Shown in pieces: positions 26,006 through 38,971 of a DNA stretch of 64,000 nucleotides. The DNA is from Takakia lepidozioides (lineage: Eukaryota; Plantae; Bryophyta): NCBI GenBank assembly GCA_030704615.1, contig CM060734.1, positions 14,694,001-14,758,000 of the forward strand. Direction: 5' to 3'. The translations under genes were made by a program, and so were the position numbers. The notes below the pieces were generated by a model. The model saw only the letters and a program-made list of their open reading frames with translations, was not told where the DNA came from and made no database searches. How positions within the stretch are numbered: position 1 is the first letter of the stretch; every line of letters starts with the position of its first letter.

Positions 26006-28700
26006 GATGCCCTGTTCAAGGCTCTTTGGCAAGCCTTGGGTCATGACTTCCTTTGTATGACCAATGACATTTTCCAGAAGCAAATGATGCCCTCCCAGAT
26101 TTCCGAGGGACTGATCATCACGCTGATATACAAGAAGGGTGAAAGAGATAGTGTGGCTAATTACCGTCCCATAACCTTGCTCAACTCTACGTACAAAATC
26201 ATTGCTAAAGCCCTTGCATTGAAAATTCAGCCTCTGTTACCCTCAATCATTAGAAAAGAGTAGACTGGCTTCCTCAGAGACTGCATGATTCTCGACAACA
26301 TCTTATTGACGCATGCGGCCCTTCACAGAGCTAATCTTAACCACCAACCTCTGGCTTTCTTGATGTTGCATTATGAAAAAGCTTTCGACTCTGTTGACTG
26401 GACTTTCCTGCTAGCTGCTCTAGAAAAGTCGGGGCTGTACATGGTCACTTTGTCTCTTGGGTTCAAATTTTGCTGCAATCAGCATCCAGTAAGGTCATGG
26501 TGAATGGAGTCATCTCCAACTCGTTCCCTATATCTTGGTCAGTCAGGCAGGGGTGTCCCTTGGCTCCCTTTCTTTTTGTAATTGCAACTGATTCTTGGGG
26601 GCACCTTTTTGAAGCTAGGCTTGATATAGTAGGCCTCCATCTGCCCACCTTCTTGCCGGAAATGGTCAAGCTATCAATGTATGCAGATGATACCTCCCTG
26701 CTGCTCGACAATTCCACCAGTGACAACATCGATAGAGCTCTCCAAGCCCTGCAAACCTTCTGCTTGGGGTCGGGCCTGAAGATCAATTGGGGGAAGTCCA
26801 TGTGGGGAGTTTATCAATACTGCAGGACCAGTCGCTGGCCTCGCACAGTCAGTCTTGGGGTCAAGAAATTGGTCTAAATTGGCTTGAAGAGGGAAAGTCC
26901 CATACCCTGCTGGGTCATCAAGTCGGCATCAACCTCTCCCTGCAAAGCATTCTGAAGGAAGTCATCTCTAGACTTAAAAGATCCCTAGCCCATTGGAGCT
27001 CATCTATGCTTTCCATTGCGGTCCAAGAGCACTGGTGGCCAACCAAGTGCTTTTGGCTTCAATCTGGTTCTCTGCTGCAGTTTGGGACCCAGGTACAAGG
27101 CTGGTGAAAGAGATTAAAGCTTTGGTTCGGAATTTTATATGGGGTGCCACCACGCATTCCCCCAGTGAGGCGAGCCCTTGTCTCATGGGAACAACTATGT
27201 CAACCAAAATGCAAAGGTGGATTAGGGGTGATAGACCCTGCAACACAGATCAAGGCTCTCTTAGCAAATTGGATCCCTAGAGCTTTGGCTCACCGTCATA
27301 GTCCCTGGAGCAAGCTGATTCAACCCTACCTGATGGGAGCCATTCCATCTTCATCACCTCTCTGGGCCCAATCCCTACACTGAATCATACAAGGCAACAA
27401 TGCCAATGTGAGGCTGGGATCCCGTGGCAATCCATATGGGCAGCCTGGCATTCAATCAGGTCCTCCCTGACCCAAAGAATACCTCTCAATTTTGATGAAT
27501 GCTTTCGTCAACCCCTTTTTGGGAACTACAACATGGACTCAGGGGTGCTGTTGCAGCAGAGACCAAAGTGGGCTTTCTGGGAGAGCTGTGGCTTCACACA
27601 CATAGGCAGCATATGTGAGAACGGCCAATGCTTGCCAGAGGCTCTGGTTACTTCACAGGTTGGTCTGAGGCGAGCGAAGGCTTGGCCTGCATTGCTAGCA
27701 GAAGTGCCTCAGTTTATGCTCCCCCTGCTCGGAAATGAGGGACACTGGGGGGACTTACCAGCCTGGATGGCTACAAAGTGCAATGGGGGTAACATCGTGA
27801 TGCTTGTTCTCTCTTTAGTTGGAAACACTGCATCTGCTATAGCCTTTGTAGCTGATCATGACGGTGACCTGCACCTCACAGCCACTGCAGAAATTGACAA
27901 GCAACATTTATTTCTAATCAGAGTGGTAGATGGAAAAGGGAATGCAAACCCTATGCCACCGGCAGGGCAGGAATTAGATTGGGCAAGGCACTCATCATCT
28001 AATTGGTTCCTGTCGTATCCCCTCGCAGCTCTTCAATTTGACCCCGGAGAATGGACTTGGATGGACGAATGCCACTCCCCCAAGTCTTTGCCTACATAGT
28101 GAAACTGGGTTACTCGTTGCTGAAACCCAACAGATCATTCCAGGCTAAGTGGAGCACAAAATGGGGACACTTGAATCTAAGCCAAGCTAACTGAGATACA
28201 GTGTGGAAGGACATCTGGAAAAAACAGAGGGCGGCAAAGATCTCTGGATTCCTATGGAAGTAATTGGTTCACAGGATTTTGCCTGTCAACGGGTTCACCA
28301 TGATAAACAATTCCTTATGTGCTTTATGTAGGGCCCAACCAGAAACTGTTTGGCAGAGTGCCATCTCGCAGCCAGGGTCTGGAGAGTAGTCATGAGTTTT
28401 TACTCTAATCTGGAACTCATTCCCTAACCACCCCCCCCCTCTTCATTGCTTCTATTAAATTGGCTGCCTGCTCGTGTGCATTGTGCCTGTCCTGTCTTGG
28501 CTGCTCTGAGGGCTCTTACTTTATGGAACCTTTGGAAGGCTAGGTATAACTTAGTTCATGAGGGGAAACCCCCAGGGGCAGGTCAATTCTGTTTTACATA
28601 TACCATGACCTGCTCACTGAGGGGAATAAAGCGTGGGGTATTATGGATGCAGCTATTTCCAGAACTTCTCAGCAACGCGGGAGGAGGCTCCTCCGTGCTT
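26006..28700 (+). mobile_element. LINE-B 3' piece: L1-like ORF2 reverse transcriptase and C-terminal Zn-finger region, degenerate
   Basis: FKALWQALG, IYKKG, NYRPITLLNSTYKIIAKAL, EKAFDSVDW, SVRQGCPLAPFLF, YADDT, SGLKINWGKS, CKGGLGV, CALCRAQPET, LWNLWKARYNLV. Confidence 0.9.
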
Positions 28701-30479
28701 TTCTGCAGTCCTGGGGCAAAAACGACCTTCTCGACATCTGTATTCCTCACATGTGTTTCAACTGGCAAAGCACCATCCCCAGTGCATGGGATGTCCCCTG
28801 GTGATGGGGAAGATGGTGATTTTAATTGGAGACACAAGAAGGATCGAGCATCAAAATCTAGAGCTCAGCTGCATTTTTAGTTCTTGGTACTTTCTCCCCT
28901 GCTGTTGCAGGAGTTCTCTCTTTTGGGGACACTTGAAGACTCGAGCTTCAAAAGCGTTGTTCTTAACTCTTGCTTCCCCACATTGCTGTTGCAGTGGCTC
29001 TCTCTCTCTGGCTTCTCACTTTATCCTCTCCAATGGCACCTTCTTATGCTTGAAGGCTACACCATGCCTCCAAGCAGCTTAGTCCTTTTCTTTAGCTCTT
29101 GATTTCATCTCTTCCTGACCTTCAATAGAGTTATCCGTAAAGGGTCCCAAACTGGGCATGAGAACCCTGAGTTTGGCCAAAACTCGGTATGAAACTCGAA
29201 ACTCTGGATCAAGCGGTACGACTAGAAAAAAACACGGGACCAAACTGCTAGGACTAGGAAAATGGGGGTGGCAGGAGTTTGGTGCCGAGTTTTGTTAGTT
29301 GTCGAGGCGGAGGCGGTCAGAGCTCACGAGCTCGCGCCATAGCAGCGGTTGCCCTCATCCCCAGTTTATGATTTGGTGCCCTCTTTTCTGACTTCGTGCT
29401 CAGTTTTCTGCACTTTACGGATTAACTCAAACTCAGGATGAAACCCGCAACTCGGGTCCAAACAGGGTACCAAACTCAGGCTCACTTTGCGGAGAACTCT
29501 AATATGTTCAAAAAGATCTCCAATTGACATACAAAATAAAAAAACTGAGCTCGAGCGGGGGAAGCGATGGCGGAGCCCCGCGGCCACCAACCGTCGTATC
29601 ATCTTCCGCCTTCGAGTTGGCACAAATTTCTCTCATCGCTGCTCTTCATCTATGGCAGCATTACCCTTCATCTTGTTTCTTCGTCAAACAAGCTACACTT
29701 CGATATGCTCATCAGCGGAGGGTAAATCTAAGATCCAATTCTATGTACGTTCACCATAGTTCATCCCCAAGGCTTTCTCCCTCTTTCATCTCTTCTAATC
29801 ATTCTGCACCCCCAGCTGGTTTGTAACTGCAGTAGAGACATACTTTAATTTTTTTATTTTAAAAATGATCATCTATGAAAGAGCTATGGACTCTTAAAGT
29901 TGAATCTTGTGGAATGTAGTGTTACACATGAAAACCATATGGACTAAAATACCATCATATACACCTAAGTAATAGCAAAAAGGAAAACACATTAGGGGTG
30001 CCCATTTTCTGAAAGCTATCCAAATGCACTTTTATATGGACTAAAAACATCAAAGAATGAGAGGTATGGACTAATTTATACTAAGCACTCGGCCGAAACT
30101 GGGCCTATTTTCCCTAATGTACATCATCCTCATTTAGAGGCTTTTGGGATATCATCATTACTAAAAAGGTGTAAAAACCCATAATCTAGAGGTGCCAAGT
30201 GATATATGGAAAAAATTCAAAAATCTCTAATTATTAGAAATAAAAAATAGTTTTATATTTTTCAGAATTAATTACTAAAATTTCTAATAAAAACATTCTA
30301 GCCTATTTGGGGTGGGACTTTTTACTAAAAGTGTTAAATATATCATATCTACCATCTAAAATTAAATATTTGGATAAATTCCCTCAATTTGAGGTACCTA
30401 TATAGACTTTCATGGAGGAAAAATCTGCCTCTTTTGGTCCACCATACCCTGCAACTGCCCAATTAATATCTCATCAGCG

Positions 30480-33132
30480 CTTCCCGCTTCTCCCAGTACC
30501 TCGGCTCCCTCTTTCGCCTTTCTCTTCCACTTAACCCTAATCCCCCCCTCCTATTTAAGCACTAATCGCAGGGTTGATCAGGGCGTCCAACACTTTTCCT
30601 CTTTCTGTAATCTCCATCGCCGCCAGCTAAGTTCGCCACTGACTTAGTCTTAGTCCTTGGGTGGGAGTTTAGTATAAGGGTTCATTCTCTTCAGTTAAAT
30701 TTCCCTCTTGTCATGGCCCCTGGATTCTTTAAATCTCAACACAAGGAGTCAATGGAATCAAGATTCCCCAGCGGAGGCATACAACAGCATCAGAGGAGAA
30801 CCCAACCCTCTACTGGGACTGGGTTCTTCCAGGCTCACCAAACGCGTTCCAGGAAGTACTCGACTAATGCTCCAGTAAGAGTACCCCCCATTTCATTTCT
30901 AGTCCCATTTCCCCCCTTCAACCATTCTTCAAAATTCCGAGACTCGACACCAGAGGGAGACTCCCACTTCCGCCGACTGACGGGGATTGGTCTAATGGCA
31001 CAAGGGTGCACCAGGAAGAGCTCGACAGAGATTATCCATTGATTCTACTGAATGTTCTAGACCTTCAGAAGAGGGTGGCCAACTTGGAGGAGCATCGTGA
31101 TTGGGCTATCAGACATCTTGGGGGCTCGGGCGAACTGAAACAAAAATACTGTCAGCCAAAGGCCGTGGATTCTACTCTATAGTCTTCGAATCGAAGGAAG
31201 CTGCTCTCGTTCAACCCGCACACAAAGGGCTTCAACGTAAATATCTTTCCGTGGTCTTCTAAAATGGGCCATAGAAATGGGAAACTATGGGGCCCGAGAA
31301 TCATATCAGTCCTCTACATTCCAGACCAGTATTTAGTGAACTTACCTGACATAGCCAATCACTTTGGCTCCTATCTTGGCTGCCTGGCTGTGTTTGATCC
31401 CCAAATGTGCACATTGAACTTAAGACAATATCCATCTTGGAGCTCAGTGGCTATCCCGCCTCAATGAAACTGGCTGTGCTAAGTTTGTGCTAATGATGCC
31501 CAATGAGGAAACCTTGCCGCAATATGTGAGACTACCAATATATGAGGATGGCAAGTACTTCACCATTCAGCTCATCGAAGATACTACCTATGCTGCCTGC
31601 TTTAATTGCGGCCAACTTGGCCACATCAAGTTTGACTGTCCATCAGCAAAACGTAAGACATCCCCCCCGGCACCCCCCGCCACAACGTAAAACCCTGGTC
31701 ATGGGTTGCCACAAGCCTCGACCTCCACCTTTGCTCATCGGATTCAATCCGTCGGTCCACATCTAGCTAAGGCAACTGGAGGTCAAACAATTCAGCCCCC
31801 GAATCACCTGGATTCCCTACAATACAGCCCCCGGCCAGCTTCACCCTCCAACTTGGACATCAGCAGGGACCCTATGTAAGAGGAGGTCAGAGTTCACCAG
31901 CAAAGGAAATTCACTATCAGCAAAGGCAAAGAAAAGATGGGCAATAATTCAACAACACCAGCAATCCAGCTGACAAGCCCCACAACCAAAAGTGGCCCAC
32001 AGATAACTACAGGTATCTCATGCAATTCTTCCTTCGCCAATCTTTGCCTCAACACATGCTCATTTCCAAACTTGGATTTGATTGGTTGCTCTGCCCTAGA
32101 GACAATCGCAGCTCCCAAGGCTTCATGTATCACACTGCTGATATTCAGGAAAGGGAACCCCCCTGCAATCCTCATCACATCCGATGATCTGGAGTGTGTT
32201 GAATATCTTTGGGTCAAGACCTCCGATGTCAAACAATTTATGAGAGCGAACCCACCCAACAGTAGCCCGGAAATTCTGTTCAAATACAAGATTCAAGAAT
32301 TCTTTGAGGCCTTTCTGCCCCCACTACTTCTTGTCCCCTTCAACCAGAATTTTGTGGGGGGGCTTACTTAGAAGATCACCCTGGATTAAGCTACAGGCCA
32401 TCTATTCAGGTGCTGGCCTTAATGGAAGAAGCGGAAATATACAATACGCCATACAATCAATGGCTCTCAGCCCCCAGGGGAAGCCACCCACTTTAGATAA
32501 GACCTTGGTTAATGGCTTACTATTGTCAGCATTCCTGGATCTGGAAATAGACGAAGAAAACCATAGGATGGAGGTGCAAAGAACCAGGGACTGCATCAAC
32601 GGGGTCAAGGTGGTTGTTTCAAACACTGGTGCGTCTTCGGCTTCCTCAAAGACCAATGCGGTTTCCTCACCAGATGACATCAGCAGTGACAAGGATCACC
32701 TGGCAGCAACTGTCACCACCATGCACATCTCCCCTCTACTCATCGACAACACCAGCCTTGTTTCCCCACCAACCATCGTGGACGCTAGTCAGCCACTTTT
32801 CAATGAGGACCCTCCTCTTGCAGCCCGCCAGCCCAGCCTTCCACCCAATCCCCCCCAGGTTCTTTTCTCTCCCTCTCCCTGTTTTTTCTTCCAAGTGCTC
32901 ACTAAAGACCCTGGCAGGTGTTGGATGCTGTGTGGAAAAGAAAAGCACACCTCGGGGAAACAATTAGGCACATGTTACCAACCTTTGACCTCGCAGATTG
33001 CATCCCCTCTGGTACACTTCCCTCGGATGGCTCATTGACAGACAGATACCCACAGATTCGTCCGCTTTTCTCTTCGGGGTTATTCCCAAAGGGGGTGGAA
33101 ATTCAAACTCTATCAGTCTCGCGGGTTCCTTC
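30480..33132 (+). mobile_element. LINE-A 5' piece: 5' UTR and ORF1 with CCHC knuckle and a long C-terminal extension; cut by the MULE-2 insertion
   Basis: CFNCGQLGHIKFDC at about 31597-31640; the downstream ORF1 part resembles 56804-57991; ends at the 9-bp TSD 33124-33132. Confidence 0.7.
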
Positions 33133-33551
33133 CAGCGTAGCTACGGCGTGAGCCCCGCCCCGTGAGCCTGGGAGCTGAGCTCATGTTGTAGCTGCAAAGC
33201 ATGAGCTGAGCTCACGCTTCAGGAAAGCATGAGCGGCACAAATCTGCTGGAGAAGCAGGCCCTATAGGCGAGGATTGCAGGAAGAGGGCCTATTACCGTG
33301 GACAAAACAGAGGGGGCCACCATGCACCATGTCTGCAATGTCTACACAAAAAGAGGAATATGAACATATGGCAGATTTGAGCTCAGAATGATTGTCACAC
33401 TTTATTTCAATTCACAGAAAGACGCTTACAATGAATGGCATGTGCAATTGCCCTAGTTCCGTGAACGAAATGTATGTGTTTGTCCTACATGCAAAGACTT
33501 CACACGATAAGCTGGAAACGAGCATGGGAAGTGGGCATGGCTCGTTTGTGT

Positions 33552-36350
33552 TCAAAGAGAATCTGACGGAGCCCTACGCCAGGTGTCCCGCTGCAGAAGA
33601 GTGATGACTTCTCCGTAGCCCAGTGTGGCTTGGTGAATGAATTGGTCTCTCTTACCGTCGCAGCACATAATTATAAGGTATATGTAATATTGATGCTTGC
33701 AGGGGACCCACTTCCCTCTCATGCTAAGAGCGCCCTCACGCATCGTTACAAAATCCGGACAAGTGCACGTAGGGAAATTCCCCACGGTAACCTGATATTC
33801 TTTGCCATGAAGAATTGAGCCAGTAGACAACACTGTGTAAATCTGTCCATACCCCGGGGCCGGGACTTCGGTGATATGAGTCACCCGAGCCTGCAAAATT
33901 CTAGCCGATTCCATCTTGCAGTCGTGATCTGCACCCGAAGCGACACGGCACACTGTTTTTCCATCTCTTTTTGTTGGGTGGGAGTCGGCACCGGATGGAG
34001 GCATTGCCGGAGCATGTGGCACATCAGTGCCCAGAGTGCATGAGGGCACCACCCGGGACCGTGCAAGACGGAACCCTCCCTCTTCCAGCATGCTTATATC
34101 GGCTGATGTCAGCAACGTCCCAAGTTTTACAGGCCAAATTGCGGGCGGAGGGGGCTTCATTATCACCGAAGGACGAACTGTTCCATTGACGCATCGTGCC
34201 ATATCGTCTGGGCAGAACCAGAACTTCCAGTCCTTTGACTCCCCACTATGATAAGGTCAGAACAACCCTGTGAATGTTGGAGCTGGAGTCCCCCTGGAGC
34301 CTTTGCATATTTTTTATTTGCATTTCTTGAAAGAGGGGGTCCGAATTGCCATGCAAGCCACTCTAGATCCTGGTGGGGTGCGTTCTATATGCCACTCACT
34401 GTCAATGCAATCAGATTCATGCACCAAGGACACCACCTCCTCCAATGGGATTCCTGCTGCTGTGCTTGCATGATTTGCACCTGCTCCACTGGAAGATGAC
34501 CCACTTGGGAAGGGGTGGGCACATGACTTAGTCTGCACTGGAGACACCTTTGGTAAAGAGAAATTGACCCTGTCGGGGCAATGGGAATCTCCATCCGACC
34601 CTGGAGGAGTGTTCAATTTCCTTTTACATGATCCAAATGTTTCCTCGCCTTCCAAATGGGGGACCCTGGATTGCAAAAGGGAGCCTTCAGTGCACCTATT
34701 CAGAGCTCTCGCCATCTTCGATGGGTCTCCAAACCTGCTCGCAACCCTTAGCATCAACAAAGTCGTATCAGGGCCCTTGCCTCCGCCCCGTCCCATCTGA
34801 AAATTCCGGTATCTGGTTTGTTGTGTAAGTGCCTGCACCATGTCATCTGCAGTGGCAACATACAAGTCAAGTCCTGCTTTGGTAGACTGCTGCATCCAGG
34901 CATTGTGAACAGTCTCCACCAAATTACACGAAGGCATGTCAGCCAAGTCCTCCAATGACATGTCATGTAGGAGACAATGCACGCAAATGTGAGGAACAAA
35001 AGGAAATGACAGAGGTTCTGCAAGTGACAATCCAACAACCCCAGAGGAATTGGAACAAGCACGATGCAAAGTGAAATTTGTGTTTCTGGGATTGAAGAGG
35101 CTTACCGTCGTCATGAAAGTTCCCCAGTGTCTGTACCTGAAGTGCCAAAAAACCAACTAGTCCTCCAACTCCTTCAGCTAGATCCCAGTAGCAGCACCAG
35201 AGGAGAACCACCAAGCTCGGATTGCTTGGTAAGTGCTCTCAGCTTCTCCCATTGAGGTGGCATTTTTGTACTTGAGGCAGAGCCTTCTGTGCTCCAACTG
35301 AAGGTCAGGTCGAATGCAGCGCTTTGTATGACGTGCCAGAGATTGACTCCAATGGAAGAGGCATGTGCGCTCCCTATTTTCCATTGGCACTTTAGGATCC
35401 CCCGATCCAAAGACCCGCCGCACTGCATTGAAATTTGCCTGTGCACTATCAGCCATGAACCCCACAAAATTTGTGTTCTGCACTCCATTGTGATGCATGA
35501 CAGCCAGGAGAGAATTCCCACATGAGCATTTGGGATTCAATGTCCTCCGACTGCATATCACAAATTGCTATGGAGAGCACACGTTGGTACACTGGATCAT
35601 ACACATGGCACGCCATCGTTGTCCAACCCTTCACCCGTTTGCAGTGATCAAACATTAACCAACATTTCGTCAAATCTCCTCCAGGTTGCATTCGGCGGAC
35701 AATGCTCACACCACTACCTTCGCCCACTATGGACATCTTGAACAAATACACCTTGGACGAGCCCAGGCCAGGGAAGATACTGTTTTGAATGAATTCATAG
35801 CGACTCCTCCGTTTGAGGTCCATAATGTTGTCCATGAATCCAGTACTGCCTGTGCCCATTCTGAGTGCATTCACCTGGTTTCGAATATTGGGAGAGCTCA
35901 ACACGGAGAAATGGTCCATCACTGCATCAAGCGAATCTGCATCCAGCATTGGTTGTGTTGCATCCCCTTCACCCAATATGTGTTTTTCCAGGAAAGCCTT
36001 GCTAGCTGCAAGCGCTATAGCAGAAGGTGATGCACACGGGGCATTGTGGAACTCCTGCTTAAAAAGATTTCTAGCGATGTCTACGCTATCTCTGCAACTT
36101 CCCTTTGACACAAGATGCTCGTGTGTACCCATATGAATGCAGGCACGAGTCATTGTCTTGCACCGGTGTGCCACCTAGTACATACGAGTGTGACACACAG
36201 AACGGGGCAAGTTTGCAGAACCTGCACACAAAAGTATTGGTCTTGGGAGGGGCAAGCCCCGGTGTGAAAGGATCCAGGGACACACTAGCACTCGAAGCAC
36301 AAATGTCCGCGACACGCACATTCTGCTGAGGGAGAAGTACTTGGTGGAAG
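33552..36350 (-). pseudogene. MULE transposase body with SWIM finger (MULE-2), frameshifted, intron about 34960-35105
   Basis: CRFCKLAPFC, TRACIHMGTHEH, WLMFDHCKRVKGWTTMACHVYDP, FVGFMADSAQANFNAVRRVFG, ERTCLFHW, MPSCNLVETVHNAW, SWIM YQVTVGNFPTCTCPDF...VPCKHQYY. Confidence 0.88.
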
Positions 36351-36354
36351 TGTT

Positions 36355-37070
36355 TGCTTCCATTTAGGTGTATTTGATACCTGACAGACACTCATGGTGT
36401 GGTACATTTTGACTTAAAAAATTGGCAAAAAAAGGGGGCACAAACAGTATGCGGTGCCGCACACTGTTTGGTTCTTTGAATTAGGTGTGTTTGATACCTG
36501 GCAGACACTCCTAGTGTGCTACATTTTGACATCAAAAAATAGCAAAGAAGAGGGGCACAAACAGTGTGTGATGCTTCACACTGTTTGGTGCTGCAAATTA
36601 GGTGTGTTTGATACCTGAAAGACACTCCTAGAGTGGTACGTTTTCACATCAGAAAACAGCAAAGAAGAGGGGCACAAACAGTGTGCGGTGCCGCACACTG
36701 TTTTGTGCTTCCATTTTGCTACATTTGAAGTTTGGGGGAACGGATATAGATAGCGACATCTCACAACCAGCAAACCCTAAACAACTTTCAAGACATGCAG
36801 CAACAGTGTGCGGCATCGCACACTGGTTTCAGCTTGCACATATTTCAGCCTCAATAGATTGAATCATGTACTATGCAAATGTTTCGAACCAATTTGGAGG
36901 GCCAGAAACAGTGTGCGGTGGCGCACACTGCTTCAAGCTTCCATCTCACTCCAAAATTCATAGTTTCAGAGGGGGGACAGACAGTGTGCGGCACCGCACC
37001 CTCTCTCCTACATCCACAATCCTCTGCATACACACGGAGCATACAGAGTGTGCGGCACCACACACTGGGC
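36355..37070. repeat. Palindrome array, left block: three reverse-oriented type-1 units plus four scattered palindromes
   Basis: Copies near 36442, 36559, 36677, 36821, 36907, 36981 and 37043. Confidence 0.9.
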
Positions 37071-37119
37071 CAGCATAACATGAAGCAAAATAAAAGTTAA
37101 CAATGAACAACACTTGTAC

Positions 37120-37557
37120 CTTTCTTTGTGTTGCGTTGGATGTCTCTCCAATCGCAGGAGACCCTTTACGCTTGGGACTGCTGTCTACGCTAAGCATGTT
37201 CTGGAGCATCTCCTCCATCCTCTTTTCCACAATCTGCTTCTTCATGAGGCCGGCATCAATATCCTCTTCGGTGTCCGTCTGTCCCTCGGATGCAGTCTCC
37301 TCATCACCCGTTCTCGGCAGTATTGGGGGCTGTTGTTCCTCTCCAAAATTCTGCTCTTGCATCGCCAATCTTTCCTCATTGCCCTCTTCTTCCTCCTTTT
37401 CCTCTTCTTCCTCCTTTCCCTCTTTGTCTACTCTTTCCAACCTCATTCTATCTCTGGCTCTCTTCTTGTCCCTAGTGCTAGTAAAGTACAGCGATTTCCT
37501 TCTCTTTCTCCTCCGGTGGAAACAAACGGGTCCCACACTACCTCTAGAGCTCTCCAA
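37120..37557 (-). pseudogene. Basic/acidic exon, probable first exon of the ParB-like gene, now inverted
   Basis: MESSRG...RRRKRRK...EEEEEKEEEE...NATQRK ending at donor AAG|GTACAAG. The following sequence holds palindromes with heterogeneous spacers like those before 51969. The assignment is an inference. Confidence 0.5.
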
Positions 37558-38444
37558 TTTGACGTTTGCAACAACGGTTGCTTTGGCATGTATCGAAAAT
37601 ACAATTTGGACATTGTTAACCGTATTTGGATGCGGGTGTCATCATTATGTGCGAACGGAATTCATCCATTTCTCCGCCTCTCAATCACCCAGAAAACTAA
37701 GTGGTGACACTTCAATTGTCATTCCGTCTAGTTGTGGGATATGTTAGATGTACTTCGCCGGCTGCCAGTATACGAAAGGTTTTTTGCATTCATGGAAATT
37801 GAGAAGTGCTGTAAAAAACTGTCGCAAGTCGAATTTTGAACAGGACTTGCACATTGGCAATAATTGTGATGCTTCACATATGCATCCACGTATGTTGTAC
37901 TGCCTATCCGGCGATTTACATTTCGCCGACGCCGGCGCAATGTAGTGATTTCGGTATAAAGCTTGGTGTCGGCAATCGTAATGTGTTACGTACCTTCGTA
38001 CGGAGTGTCCCCCTGAGTGTCAGTGATTGTGCTGTGCTCTTCTAGCACATCACAAACAAATTTGATTCGGGGTTTCCTGTTTATTGGACTCGTGGGGCCG
38101 TTGCCGTCTTTCCATAATGGATGGTTTCATATCCTGTGCAGGGTTTGCTTTTCATCCAAACACAATACGGCTTCTTGTGGCTTCTTGCCTTTGAAGTCAG
38201 TTTTTCCAGTTGGTGTCTCTCAGTGTGGCTGACTGCGGAGTTCGGTGCAGACTTCCGCCGTGCATGTCATCCTTTCGCAAAATTGTAAACCCCAAAATCC
38301 GTTGCATACATCGCCCGCAGTCATCGGGACTGTACTACCCTTATTCACCTCAGTTCGTTTGAGGTGGATCCCCTCTCGAAAATTACGGGCTATCAGTTCA
38401 GGGGACCCTTTGTGGATCGCAACTTTGGTTCAGTCTAGGAGAAC

Positions 38445-38971
38445 ATGTCCAAAGAGGGAGACAGACTCGCTCGATTTCATTCCAATGCAGGTAGTCTTCC
38501 ACTGACTGCCACTGCAGATGAGGATGGGTTTGCAGTTGTTCATGAGGATGAGCTGGTTACAGTGTTCCCTTTGGAATTGTGTTCTCTGCTTGTTCAAAAA
38601 GAGGTGTATGACGAGGATGGGAATTTGGATTCTGGGCACTTACAGAAACCATTGGTTGGCGAGTGTGGGAGGAAGTGGAGAGTCCTCCCAGGCAGATATC
38701 GGGTCCTTGGAAAAGAGAAAAGACAATCAGCAGGATCAGTATTTATCCCTGGCACTTCAGCATCGTCGTGCAGCAGAAGGGCACAATGCATGTGAAACAA
38801 GAGGTGAGCACATCCACTACATTCGTGACTCTTTCAGACTCCTCTTCAGAGGATGTTTCTGAGATTCCTCCGCCAGTCCAGACTCCATTCCAGGAGATAA
38901 CGACTGTCATTCCGAAATTGAAAGCCCTCGCAGGGGTGCCTGGGTGCAAGAGCAAGCTGCGTTTTGTTGAT
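38445..38971 (+). pseudogene. Probable N-terminal part of the MULE-2 transposase, now inverted
   Basis: MSKEGDRL...(frameshift)...SDSSSEDVSEIPPP...KLKALAGVPGCKSKLRFVD runs directly into the type-1 array, which also precedes the transposase body in the same relative orientation. The assignment is an inference. Confidence 0.45.

Noticed and set aside
29125-30440. Possible non-autonomous DNA transposon (imperfect inverted repeat GAGTTATCCGTAAAG near 29128 and 29413, AT-rich tail)
   Set aside because: Ends and TSD are not definable by eye.
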